A DNA stretch of 64,000 nt, taken from contig NW_024704743.1 in the NCBI RefSeq assembly GCF_018977255.1, positions 61,630,001 to 61,694,000 on the forward strand. Reading direction: 5' to 3'. The stretch's first letter is position 1, and each line of letters opens with the position of its first letter. Both the position numbers and the translations under genes were made by a program. The notes under the pieces are model-generated. The model searched no databases. It was not told the DNA's origin and saw only the letters and a program-made list of their open reading frames with translations. Source of the stretch: Callorhinchus milii (lineage: Eukaryota). This document shows positions 50,761 through 63,000 of this stretch, in pieces.

Positions 50761-52861
50761 ATCACTTTACTCTGGTCACCCCCCATTACTCTCCAGCCTT
50801 GGTTACAAACTATGCCATTGTTATGCTCTCCTAGATGCTAAGCAACATTATAGAGTGCTATATAAATGCAAATTGTTGCTGTGGTTAAATTGTGAAGCAC
50901 TTTGTGACAACTGAACAATGTGTTAAGCTGCTATTTTAAATGCAGGGATTATTAACTGGCACATAACTGCCGGGAAAAGCCCCTCCAGGTGAGTTTTAAG
51001 CACGGATGTTCCTGTACATTACACCAACTCACAAGATGTTTGCTCCAACCTGGTATTACCTCAGAGAAAATGTCTTGCTAATTGATGTAATTTACAAGTT
51101 TTGCCAGGAAAAGAAGTCTTTTCCAGGGTTCCACAATTTTAGCCCTTTTTAACCCCTTTGTAAAAACGCAGAAAGGGAGGCTGCTGTGAATGTAGTATAC
51201 GCATCAAAAGATAGATGAGCAAAAACTACCAAAGCAAACACTTCAAATATAGACACCATAAGAAGGAAACCTAGAGGAACCAGATCCAGATACAATACCA
51301 ACAACTTGCATTTATACAGCGCTCTGTAATGTGGCATAGCATCTCGGAGCACATAGTTTGTAGCCGAGCTGTGGAGAAAGGGGGGGGACCATAGGCATAT
51401 TACAAGAAGAAAGTCTTCAGGTGAGATCTGAAAACGGGCAAAGAGGGGGCAAGATGAAGGGATTGAAGCAAGGAGTTCCAGGGTATTGTGTATTGTAGTG
51501 TGTAGTGAAAGCACAGCCATATCCATCTTCTTCCAAGTGTGCAGCAGCATGGTCCTGGACACACTTGGCATGATGATCTCCAAATATATGTGGTCGCTCA
51601 CAAAATACACAGCCATATCCCATGAAGTACTTTGAGATGTTTTGACGATGTTTTAGGGCGCTATGTCAAATGCAAGAATTATTATTATTATTAGTCTGAT
51701 TTCTGCCACTGACTATATGGCAAGGGGCTAGCTACCACCAGAACCCGTGCAAAAGCCAAATCTTCGGTTGCGTGTCTCCACTGAACAGAGTATGTTAGAT
51801 TGTGTTAAACAGAACAATATGTGTTTATAGTAATACATTAAACAAAACAAGTGCAGAATACAATTACAAACCAAGCAATGCAACTCATTGCAATTGCATG
51901 TTAACCTTGATAAGATCTCACTCAAAGTCGTGCCTTTGTTTATGTCACGGATTTGTAATAGTGAGTGTACGCATTTACATTCCTCGGTTTCATCCAAGAT
52001 TACCAGATGCTCGCCAACATTTCATAGCACAACGTTCCCTAGCAACAGCTCCAAACATCAACCCAACTGTCATCAGAAAAATTCAACTTCAATAAAGTGA
52101 CCAAATACGTTAATGATAAATTGACAAATTATAGTTTCCCCCCATCACATATCAAAGTAAGTGGGGAAATAAATGGCACTTTTAAAGTATTATGTGTGTG
52201 CTTTTAAAAAAAAATTGGACTTTATTTCCATAATCATTTTGAACATTTTCCCACATGTTTCCAATCAAAGAGAGGCCTCAGTGCCTTTTCCATCCCTGAC
52301 TTCATCAGTATGGAAAGAGAAAAGGGCATTCAGTCCTTCAAACCTGCTTCTCCCACAAACTATACCACCAAGTAGTGAAAGAAACCAATTACGAATTTTG
52401 ACTGAAGGGATGGTCAAAGAGATTTGTATTTAGGACATGTTTGAATGTGGAGAGAGATAGACAGGCAGAGAAGAGTGTGTCAGAGGAGAGGGGCATGGTG
52501 GCTGAAGACTCAGTAATCAATGATGTAGTTTATGAAATAACGGGCAAGCAGGAAACCAGTTAGAAGAGGAAAGGATGCAGACTGTAATTGATCAGATACG
52601 TAAAGCGGGACACGACTGTGGAGGAATTTCAAGAACAGAAAAAGGATCTTACATTCTAAAAGTAAACTAATAACAGCAACAACAAATTGCCATTATATAG
52701 CAGACTTCATGCAGGATAGAGTTCAGGTGTGCTTAACCATGGTAGAGCTTAAAACCAAGATAGGGAGATACTAGGCAAGTCGAAGAGGAAGGTCTTCAGA
52801 TGTGATCTCAATGACAATGAGGGGCAAGACAGAAGGGTTGAGGCAGAGAGTTCCAGAGTTT

Positions 52862-53360
52862 CAACAACAACAACTTGACTGAAGGCACGGTCGAAGAGGA
52901 GGGTCTTGAGACAGGTCTTGAAGGAGGCAAGAGAGGAGACGGAAAGACTGCAGAATGGAGTTCCAGGAGGTGGGAGCAGAGTGTCTGACGGTCTGCCCAC
53001 CAATGGTGGGCTAGGTGAGCGGGGGACATGAAGCAGGCTGGACCCTGCTGAGCAGAGGGAGCGAGCAGGTTGGTAGGGGGTTAGGAAGTCGCAGAGATAG
53101 TGGGGAGCATGGAGGACTTTGACAGTGAGGACCTGGATCTTGAACTGTATCCTCTGTGTGATGGGAAGCCAGTGGAGTCAGGTGAGGATAGTGGTGATAG
53201 GGTCGCGGAGCCTACTGTGGAAGAGGACACGGGCTGCAGAGTTCTGAATGATCTGCAACTTATGGAAGGGAGGAGTTGGGGAGGCCGATAAGCAGGGAGT
53301 TTGTGATGTTGCGGAGGTGGGGGAAGGCAAAGCAGGTCATGTCACGGATTTGGGGTAGAA
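52862..53360 (-). mobile_element. L2 LINE 3' fragment (with older L2 pieces at ~52400-52860)
   Basis: Colinear with 1446-2050; LQIIQNSAARV-like and SFKTCLKTLLFDRAF motifs. Confidence 0.85.
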
Positions 53361-53999
53361 AGAACAAAAGATAGAAAAGAAAAAAGAATCTGCATTGAAA
53401 GAAAGAAAACTTCCGGGAGACAAACAGAAAATACTGATTCTTTTACACTGGATTATCACAGTCTGCCTCCCCAGTGAAATAAAACACAATGAAATATTTC
53501 CATGACCAATTAAATGATTTTTATTGTCTTGACACAGATGTGGGAATGGAAATGATGTTGTGTCATAGTCTCAATGTGTCGGATTCTACAATGTATTTTT
53601 ATGCTTAAAACAGCAGTCACTGATTGCAAGTTCATGCAGTCTAGCCTGAATGTGGTGGGAAAGCCAATGAACAAACAATTGTTTATTTTAATTATTTATC
53701 AACAGAACAGAATTTTAATAATCTCCTTCAGCAATGTGTCCGGCATCCCTCTGTGTATTCTTCGTCTTTTCTTCCTTTCCTCATCTTATTCCACCCACTG
53801 ACCCAAAAAACACACTAGCTTTATCTTAAATTGCAAGGTTGAGCAAGCCAAAGAATGTTCTTATCTTCTGCGGTTTAAAGGGCTCTAAGCTCAACTGAGT
53901 GCACAAAAGAAAAGACACAAGATAAGGAAAAACTAATGTCTGAAGATGTCTGTAAGAGTGACAGGAACACTTCTGTCAATAAAAAAAATCTGGAAAAAA

Positions 54000-55622
54000 A
54001 CTCCCCCTCCCTCCCTCTCCACTGCCTTGGAGTCGTCTGAATTCCTCCCCCCTCTGGGCTTCCTCTCGCAATGACCTATCCTCCTCAGTCACTCTCCTCC
54101 ACAACTCCCTCTCCACCATTCTCGATGCCCTTGCTTCCCTCACTTCCCAAACCCTGGTACACCAGCCAACTTCGCTCCTTCAAGGCACAGGTGCATGCAG
54201 CTGAACACACCTGGCTCAAATCTAACTTAACAGTCCATCAGCAGAGCTGGCTGGACCTTATCAAAACTTACCACTCTGCCCTCGCCTCCACTAAATCGTC
54301 GTTCTACTCCAAGACAATCTTGGAGGCCAAGGACAACCCCAGGCTCCTCTTTGCCATCACCAACCGGCTCCTCCACCCACCCTCCCACGCCTTCCCAATC
54401 CTCACCTCTAATGCCAACTGCAAGGCGATGTTGGACTTCCTCGAATCCAAAGTCGAGGGGATCCGCTCAGCTGCCTCTGCCCTTCCGTTCACACCTTCAA
54501 ACCTGTTTCCCCTCATCTCTCACCACCACAATAACCCACATGAAACCGACCACCTGCTCCCTTGACCCCATCCCAGCTCTAACTCCTGCCTCCCTCCCCT
54601 ACTCACAGACATTATAAACCTCTCTCTGTTCATTGGTACTGTTTCCACCCCTTTCAAAACAACAGCCATCACTCCTACCCTTAAAAAATCCTCCCTGGAA
54701 CCATCCCTGCTCTCAAATTACAACCCCATCTCCAAACTCCCTTTCCTCTCCAAGGTCCTGGAATGAGTTGTTGATTCCCAGCTTCGCTCCTTCCTCTCCT
54801 GCGACTCCCTTCACAAACTCCGCCCACAGCACAGAAACAGCTTTGGTCAAACTGACAAATGACACTTTGTTCATCTGTGACCAGGGCTCCCACTGATTAC
54901 TCATCCTCCTTGACCTCTCTGCTCCCTTCGATACTGTTGACCACACTATCCTCCTCCACCACCTCTCCTCTCACCTCAACCTTCATGGTTCTGTCCTTGA
55001 ATGGTTCAGATAATACCTCTCACACCATCCCCACTTCATCTCCACAAACAGCATCTCCTCTAGCCCCCGCACAGTCTTGTGCAGCGTTACTCAGCGCTCT
55101 GTCCTTGGTCCCTTCCTCTTCAATATCTATATGCTCCCTCTTAATGACATCATCCGCAGACATGGGGGTCAACTTCTATATGTATGCGGATGACACCCAA
55201 CTCTATCTCTCTGCTTCCAGACTCGACACCAGGACCACTGCTGGCCTGACAGAATGTCTGTTAGACATCAAGTCCTGGATGAGAGTCCCTCCTGACTGAC
55301 TCCTGTCAGCGCCTCCTCACCTCAGGCACTGACAGCATCACCATTCATGGTTGCACACTCCACCTTGCTAAGCCATTCCAGAACCTAGGCATCTTGTTTG
55401 ACCCTCAAGTGACCTTTCTACCCTACATCTATAGCGTGACCTGCTTTGCCTTCTCCCATCTCCGCCACATCGTCCAGCTCTGCCACTGTCTTAAACTGCG
55501 GGCTGCCGAAATCCTCATACAAGCATTCATAACATTCAGGCTCATCTACACAAACTCCCTGCTTGTCTGTCTCCCCAACTCCTCCCTCCATAGGTTGCAG
55601 ATCATCCAGAGCTCTGCAGCTG
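54000..55622 (+). mobile_element. L2 LINE ORF2 remnant (linker + reverse transcriptase), multiply frameshifted
   Basis: PWYTSQLRSFK...W linker, [68 protein letters not shown]...LQIIQSSAA. Confidence 0.95.
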
Positions 55623-55684
55623 GAACTTACAGAATGTTTCCTCTGATGACCTCGTGAGTAACATCAGTACCAGGTGAGAACTAA

Positions 55685-55950
55685 GGCATAGAGATTAAGA
55701 AAACTGCGTGTTCAAATCTTGGTCTGTGCTGAATTAAATAATATCTGCAAGGCACAACAATTGGCTTCAGTGCTCCTGGATAAGAGAGGTGAAAAATTAG
55801 TTAAGATTACTGATACCCAGTGGCCGCTGCTGGAAGGTGTCTGAGCATAGATGTGGCTTGGTTGTGATTACCCCCTCCTCCCTGCAGTCAAACATGCTTG
55901 CTGGCAAATACTCAAACATCATGAGTGCCCACTTGAATAAGATATCAGTT
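55685..55950 (+). mobile_element. AmnSINE2-like SINE, degenerate
   Basis: GTTCAAATCTTGGTCTGTGCTGAATTA...ACAATTGGCTTCAGTGCTCCTGGATAAGAGAGG...AAAAATTAG...CTGCTGGAAGGTG...GGCTTGGTTGTGAT; same family as 30350-30616. Confidence 0.6.
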
Positions 55951-57486
55951 GTGTGACTGACCAGCACCGGTAAAGCCATAATCCAAAAGGAGAGTGTAAT
56001 AAACCAGTCAAGTAGGCAGGGATGAGAGGCAATTGAAGAAGGAAAAAAGCTCGCTGTGGTTGAAAACAATTCAAAGCACTGGAAGGAATAGCAATACAAG
56101 GCCTATGATAAACGATTCACCCACATTCAATGAAGCTAATCTGTCTGAAAAGTGACTAAGTTGTCAAGTTTCTTGTTAGAAACCCAATTCATAATTGAGA
56201 CAATTTATCAAGGAGCCAGATATAGAAAATATTTCAGATCCGTGACAGCTCAACTCATCACACAGATAGATAAGGAACCAATGATCTTTTCAAATTTCTT
56301 TGAAACTCAGCAACAAACATATGGTGCTTTGTGGTGAAAGGAGAAAGAACTGAAAAACCATCAAGGAAATAAATTTACATTTGCCTTGCAAAAGACTTCT
56401 TGTTTATACATTATTCGTGTTTTATTGAATCTATTAACTAAATGCCTTTGTTGCCCTCAAGGCCTACATCTCCTTCCTATTTCAGCATTTAAGATGGTTT
56501 CCTGGACATCTGTAATTTAAATTAAGCCTAAATATAATCACAAACATGTCACTGAACACCCTTCAATATACTGATTTATCTTTCCTAAGATTGGGTCCCC
56601 AAAATGGGACATAATATATACTCCAAATGAAGTCCAACCAGCACGATAATTGTAGAAGCACCTCCTTACTATTATAGTCGAGATCCTTTGTAATAAATGC
56701 CAGCATCCTATTTGCTCTGGGGTGAAATTCTTCACCCAGTGACAGTGGGGCCTAATTTACAATATACACAAACCACATTCCTCGTATTTATTATGAGGAA
56801 TTACATTATGCAACCTCTAGTTTGTGAAATTCTGGTAAAAAAAACAATTCCCAAGTCAGAAAGACCTGAAGAGAGTCTGGTGAGCACAATGGCTGTGAAT
56901 CTCTCACAAATCAGAAGTCACAATTATTGCAACAAGTCCAGTTTGTGAATAGGAGACCCCAGTGCCAAGCAGTCACAGTCAGGTATTCGGCAGATCAGGT
57001 ATAATGCCATGCTCCCTTTACCCTGACAAAATGTTGAAACTTGTGTCAGCTTGGCTCAATGGTAGCACTCTTGCCTCAGAAGGTTGTGGGTTTAAGTCCT
57101 ATATCGGGAGATATGGTAAAGGGCTCTCAGAGATTGAGTCAGCGATGCAGCTGAGGGATCAATCTAACATGCATTAGAGATGTGGAACCTCTGCATCAGG
57201 GCCAGACACTCAGAGCAGCCAGCAAGAGGAGTCAGAGAATGCAAAAAAGGGAAAGTAAGGAGACCATTAAACCCATCTCCCCACCTATGCCCTGGTTGGG
57301 CAGTTATTGAAGATTTCTGCAGCACTACCGGGTAGGGGGGAGGGGGGGGGGGGGGGGAAAGGGGAGTTTCTCTCTCCTGGTGTCCTTGCTCACCGGTCCC
57401 CAAATAAAATTGGTCACTCCCTCCATGGATGTTTGTGGGATATTATCGTGCAAAACTGGTTGCCACATTTGTACACAACATAAAGA

Positions 57487-57805
57487 GGAGTCCTGTAGCT
57501 CAGTGGTTAGAGCACTCGCTTTGCAAGTGAGAGACCTGAGTTCAATTCCAGGCACAGGGCGAAACCTTGGGCAAGTTTCCTTACTCCACACAGAGCCTAA
57601 TAATAATCCCTCCAAAAAAACAAAACAATAATAAATTGGTCATTTTCAATCCACGACTGTTTGTGGGACATTGCTGTGCGCAATTGGCTGCCGCGTTCGC
57701 CCACAAATATACAGTCACTTTACAGTGTGTTTTGTGAAGCGCTTTGGGACGTTCTCCCGACGTGAAAAGCGCTATATCAAATGCAAGGATTATTATTATT
57801 ATTAT
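57487..57805 (+). mobile_element. tRNA-Ala-derived SINE, short subfamily, nested in an old SINE tail
   Basis: Full head GGAGTCCTGTAGCTCAGTGGTTAGAGCACTCGCTTTGCAAG and (TTA)n tail. Confidence 0.92.
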
Positions 57806-57899
57806 AAGAGTCAATCCACGTGGCAGTATATCCTGTGAAGCGCTTTGAGAAGTCTCGAAGATGTAATAAGGCGCTATATCAAATGGTGAGAATTATATT

Positions 57900-58232
57900 A
57901 CTGCAATGTTGGGGGGAGGGGGGGGTTGAGTGCCCGTATTGTTGGAGATGTCGGCTTTCAGTTGAGATGTTAAACCAAGGTCATGTCTGCCTTTCAGGTT
58001 GACATTAAAGATCCAATGGCATTATTCGAAAAGAGAAGGGAGTTTCTCCCAATCCTGGCCAACAATCCCCCAAATAAAATATTGATAAATCATTTTCGGC
58101 CTGTTCGTGCGCAATTGTGCGGCTGCGTTGTATTCAAATTGTCAGTCCATTTCACAGTAAAATCATGTGAAGCGCATTGAGACGTCCTTCCGATGTGATA
58201 AGACACTACAGAAAATACAAGGATTATTATTA
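57900..58232 (+). mobile_element. Deu-domain SINE fragment (another at ~61605-61905)
   Basis: GAGATGTTAAACCAAGGTCATGTCTGCC...GACATTAAAGATCCAATGGCATTATTCG, followed by the tail. Confidence 0.75.
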
Positions 58233-58705
58233 TAACTTCAAAACAATGTCAGTGTCACGTTTTCATTACTGTGCTGCCAATCATTCCTCCCTATGAATGA
58301 GAGTACTGGTGCTGGTACTCACTCATGTCAATTGTGCCGAATTGGACGGCAGGTCTATCCTGCGAACTGTTACTTACTGGGGTATGAACTGAGCCTGACC
58401 TGGTCACAAGTCAACTTCAGTAACCACTGTACAATTGAGATCATCATTCTCTCATTCAACTACTGGGGACCCAGAGCATAAATTATCAGTCTTTTTTTAT
58501 CCTCAAATTGTGTATTTTTCAAAGACATTCAATGCAAACACGAAGCCATGAGGGCCAATACATAAATTCTGATCCTTCCTAGCATTATTAATTCCAGTGC
58601 TACAATACTTTACCTAACACCATGCTCTGCCTAATGGGGAAAATGAAGTATGTGATGTGATAGTTAGCCCATCCTAATTCTAAATTCTAATCCTTGCATT
58701 TGATA

Positions 58706-60010
58706 ATACAACAATAACAAAATTACATTTGTATAACACCTTTCACGTCAAGAGGATGTCCCAAGGCGCTCAACAATACAATCAGTGTTTCAGACACAAG
58801 CTGGGAGTCGGGATCGGGGAAGGTGGAGGGCAGAGGGAAAGCAGGGTGACCAAAGGCACGGTCAAAGACATTCTGTCAGGACAGCAGTGTTCCTGGAGTC
58901 AAGGGTGGAGGCAAAGAGAGTTTGTGTCATCCGCATACATGTGCAAATTGACCTCATATCTGTGGATGATGTCACCAAGAGGGAGCATATAGATACTGAA
59001 AAGAAGGGGACCAAGAACAGAGCTCTGAGGAAATCTGCACAAGACAGTGCTGGGGCTAGAGGAGATGTTATTTGTGAAGATGAAGTGGAGATAGTGTGAC
59101 ATAACCATGAAGGTTGAGATGAGAGGAGAGGCAGTGGAGGAGGATAGCGTGGTCAACAGTATTGAAGGCAGCAGAGAGGTCAAGGAGGACGAGGAGGCAG
59201 AGGGAGCCCTGGTCGCAGATGGACAAAATATAATTTGTCACTTTGACCAAAGCTGTTTCTGTGCTGTGGGCGGCACAGAAACCCAACTGATTGGAGGCAA
59301 TTGTGAAGGGAGTGGCGGGAGAGGAAGAAGCAAAGCAACAACTCTTTCCATGACCTTGGAAAGGAAAGGGGTTTTGGAGATCAGGCGCTAGTTTGAGAGC
59401 AGGGATTGGTCCAGGGAAGGTTTTTAAGGATAAGAGTGATGATGGCCATTTTTAGAGGGGTAGGAATGATGCCAATGGACAGGGAGGGGTTTATGATGTC
59501 AATGAGGAAAGAGGAAAGGAAGTGAAGCTGGGAGGTAATAATAATAATAATAATCCTTGCATTTGATATAGCGCTTTTCACGTCTTCTAGACGTCTCTAA
59601 GCGCTTCACAGAATATACTGTAAAGTGAATTGACTGTATATTTGTGGGCGAAACGCAGCAGCCAATTGTTTATTATTTTTTTTTTTTTTGGAGGGGTTAT
59701 TATTAGGCGTGTGGAGTAAGAAAACTTGCCCAAGGTTTCGTCCTGCCTGGAATTGAACCCAGGTGTCTCACTTGCAAGGCGAGTGCTCTAACCACTGAGC
59801 TACAGGACTCCAAAGGTAAGGAGAGGGGTAGGGATGGGGTCAAGGGAGCAGGTGATCGGTTTCATGTGGGTTATTGTGGTGGTGAGAGAGGAGGGGGAGA
59901 CAGATTTGATGGTGTGGAGGGAGGGATGGGTTGGGCCCGAGGTGTGAGGGGGAGATGGGAAGGACATAATGCTCAGAAGGGCAGAAGCAGCTGAGCAGTT
60001 CCCCTTGATT
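58706..60010 (-). mobile_element. L2 LINE ORF2/RT remnant, internally deleted, with a nested SINE
   Basis: [55 protein letters not shown]. The RT is joined almost directly to the 3' UTR near 58870. Confidence 0.92.
59536..59811 (-). mobile_element. tRNA-Ala-derived SINE, short subfamily with a further deletion
   Basis: Full head and (TTA)n tail; AGGTAA is repeated on both sides (59533 and 59814). Confidence 0.9.
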
Positions 60011-63000
60011 TTGGTTTTCCTAGATAATTTTCATGTTAGAAGGTTATGTTTGAAGGCTTAGTTGAGGAAGGACAGGAGGAGGCTCATGTGGAGCATAAAC
60101 ACCAGCATAGACCAGTTGAGCCAAACGGCCTGTTTCTGTGCTGTATATTCTAATGTATTCTAATTCTAATGCAAATTTCAATAACAACAACAAAATTACA
60201 TTTTCATAGCACCTTTCACGTCGTCATGCGAGTTGCTATCACATCACAAAATATAACCATTACTCTTCTATCCAAGTGATTAACAACAAATTTATATTAC
60301 ACAAATGCTTCCTTAAGTGTTCTACAGTACTGTCTGTGAGGGCGCTGCACCAATCAGTCAATTGTAAGGCAATTCCGACAACAGTTTCTCTCTGAATTTC
60401 ACTGCACCTTGTTTATCAGTACAATCCAATCTCAAATCAATCTTAATTAAAGAGGTTGCTGAGAGAAAGATATACTGATTGCACAGTGGAGGTATTAAGG
60501 GATATCGTGAAAGAGGAGGTGAGTAGGATTAAAAAGATCTGACAAAATCCAATAAACTTGTGGAACAAGCTCGAAGGGCCTATTCTTGTCCTCATGCTGT
60601 TATGCTTTCTTATCTTTTGCCAGAGGCTTGCACCAACTCTAATGCAATTGTTGTTTTGAAGGTAAATAAAATTAGTCACTCAATTCATGGCTATTTGTGA
60701 CACACTATTGTGCACAAATTGGCTGCCCTACATGCACAGCCTCTAACACTTCACAGTAAAATTCTGTGAAGCACTTTGAAACATCTCAACAACATGATAA
60801 GGACTTGCATCAAATGCAAGGAGTAATACTATTATTAGAAGGATTGAATTCAGTGTTTCAAGATTATAGTACTGTACATGTGGAATTCACTTCCCAGGGG
60901 GAAGTGGAGACAGAGTCAGTTGAAGAATTCAAAAGGCAATTAGATATATGCTTAATAGACAGGGTATCAGGAGATATGGAGAGAATGTGGGAGGTGGAAT
61001 TGAGTTGTGGATTTGTGGATCAGCCATGATCTTGGAAGATGGTGGGACTGGCTTGATGGGTTGAATGGCCTACTCCTGTTCCTATGCAAGATGAGGGACA
61101 AATTTCATTTTAAGTACAGTCGGCCTATAAGGTATATTAGGCAGTAGGTAGAATTGAAAGTGTAACAAATGTGACATAGAATCTGATAATTATCACTGAT
61201 GATAATTTTGTCCTGCCAATATCACAGTCAAAATCTGGTGAACACCCTTGACTATATCACAGTAGTTGTGCGTAAAACTAGGCAACGATTACAACTGAAC
61301 TTGCAGTCCACATTTCAGTACAACTTTTAAAGCGCTCCAAGACACTACCCGGTGTGAAAGACACCAGATAATGCAAGTTGTTGTTGTTAAGCCAGTATGC
61401 CAAGAATAAAGCACTTTGAAACACTGTGATGACATGATATAAAGTGATATATAAAATACAAAGTTTATTATTATGTTTTAAGTGCGTCAGAATGGCCTAA
61501 GGCGCTACATTCCTGTCTCCATTGGAGTTGTGGGTTCAAATCCAATATCTGAGAGAAATTCACCATTTTAACCTCTTCACCAACAACCCCCTTTAACTTG
61601 TTAGGTGTCCGCCAAGATCAGTTGGCAGCATTCTCACCTCTAAATTCAAAGATTGTGGGTTCATGCCCCAAGATAGGACTTTGAACCCGTGGCATTATTC
61701 AAAAAGGGAAAGGAGTTTGTTCCAGTGTCCAAGCTTATACTCTCCCAAATAAAATTGGTTCCCCACTTCATAGCAGTTTGTGGGACATTGCTATGTACAA
61801 AGTGGCTGCTGTGTTTGCCTACCAAAACGCAGCCACTACACTTTTCTGAATATCCTGTGAAGCACTTTGAGACATCCAACTATACCAAATGCAAGAACAA
61901 CTGTTGTTATATTTTTTACCCTATGTAAAATGAAGTCATCTGGTCTGACCAGAGTTATCTCAGTCAGCAAATGTCTCAGTGTCTCCAAGATTGGAGACGG
62001 AAAAACGTCCAGAGTTGCTCTAAAAGATCGCCATCCCGACACATGTGGACAATAGTAATCCTTGCATTTGACTGGATCAGACCTGATTTGATCACTGCAA
62101 TACTGGACCAAGTTGATGTGAAGAACAGCACGTTCTCTCCCAGGCAATGTACCTGGGAGAGAACCCGGCTCCCATGAAACTGTACTGGAATGTGAGCCAC
62201 TGCCTCCAGCAGAGAAGACAAGGACATTGACAAAGAAAAGAAGATAATGAAACTACATTTTAATAAATGTATTTGCAAGAGGGTATCCACTTGCTGCATA
62301 ACATTCTATTCCAAAGAGTTCTGACATAACATGCAGAGCGGATTGTACTCACTTCTGTAAAGCACCTTATCTACAATTAGCCCTTACCACAGAACACTTT
62401 TGCCGTGATTAAATTCTTTTTTATGCGGCTCTCTAATTAGATGTGTAAAATAATTGGCTTCAAATGTAGTACTTAAAAATATACCTTGTAATTCAGGTTT
62501 GAAAATCAATTCTCACAGTAGATCTGACATTGTCTAATGTTCCATTTTTCTGACCTAAATTGTAGTCAGATCCCTTTAAAAAGTGATTTGTACATCCCAA
62601 AGGTTGACATTGAATTAAAACATGGATCGCAGCAAAACCCGTGAGTTTGGAGGGCAGATTATCTTAAATTTCAAATAAAAGCAGCTGCTGAAATATAACC
62701 AGTCTGGACAACAACAGCTTGGAGGCAATTAACCCCTCGATTGCTGACTGCTCCGGGCAATCCCAGGTTCCCTGGGCCAGCTGGGGTTTTTTCAAATGAT
62801 CAGTTCACTGAATGACACTGAAGCAAACACAAACAATGGAGTTGCACAGGTTAGAATAAGTAAAAAGGTCTTGTTTCTCATTTACCATAGTGTGTAGTGA
62901 CTGTATTTTGTAGGCAAACAAAATGCTGTATTCTACTGTATTTACACAGACAGCATCAATTGGAAAGATTGCTCCACCTGGCCACCACTCTCAGTGTGAA

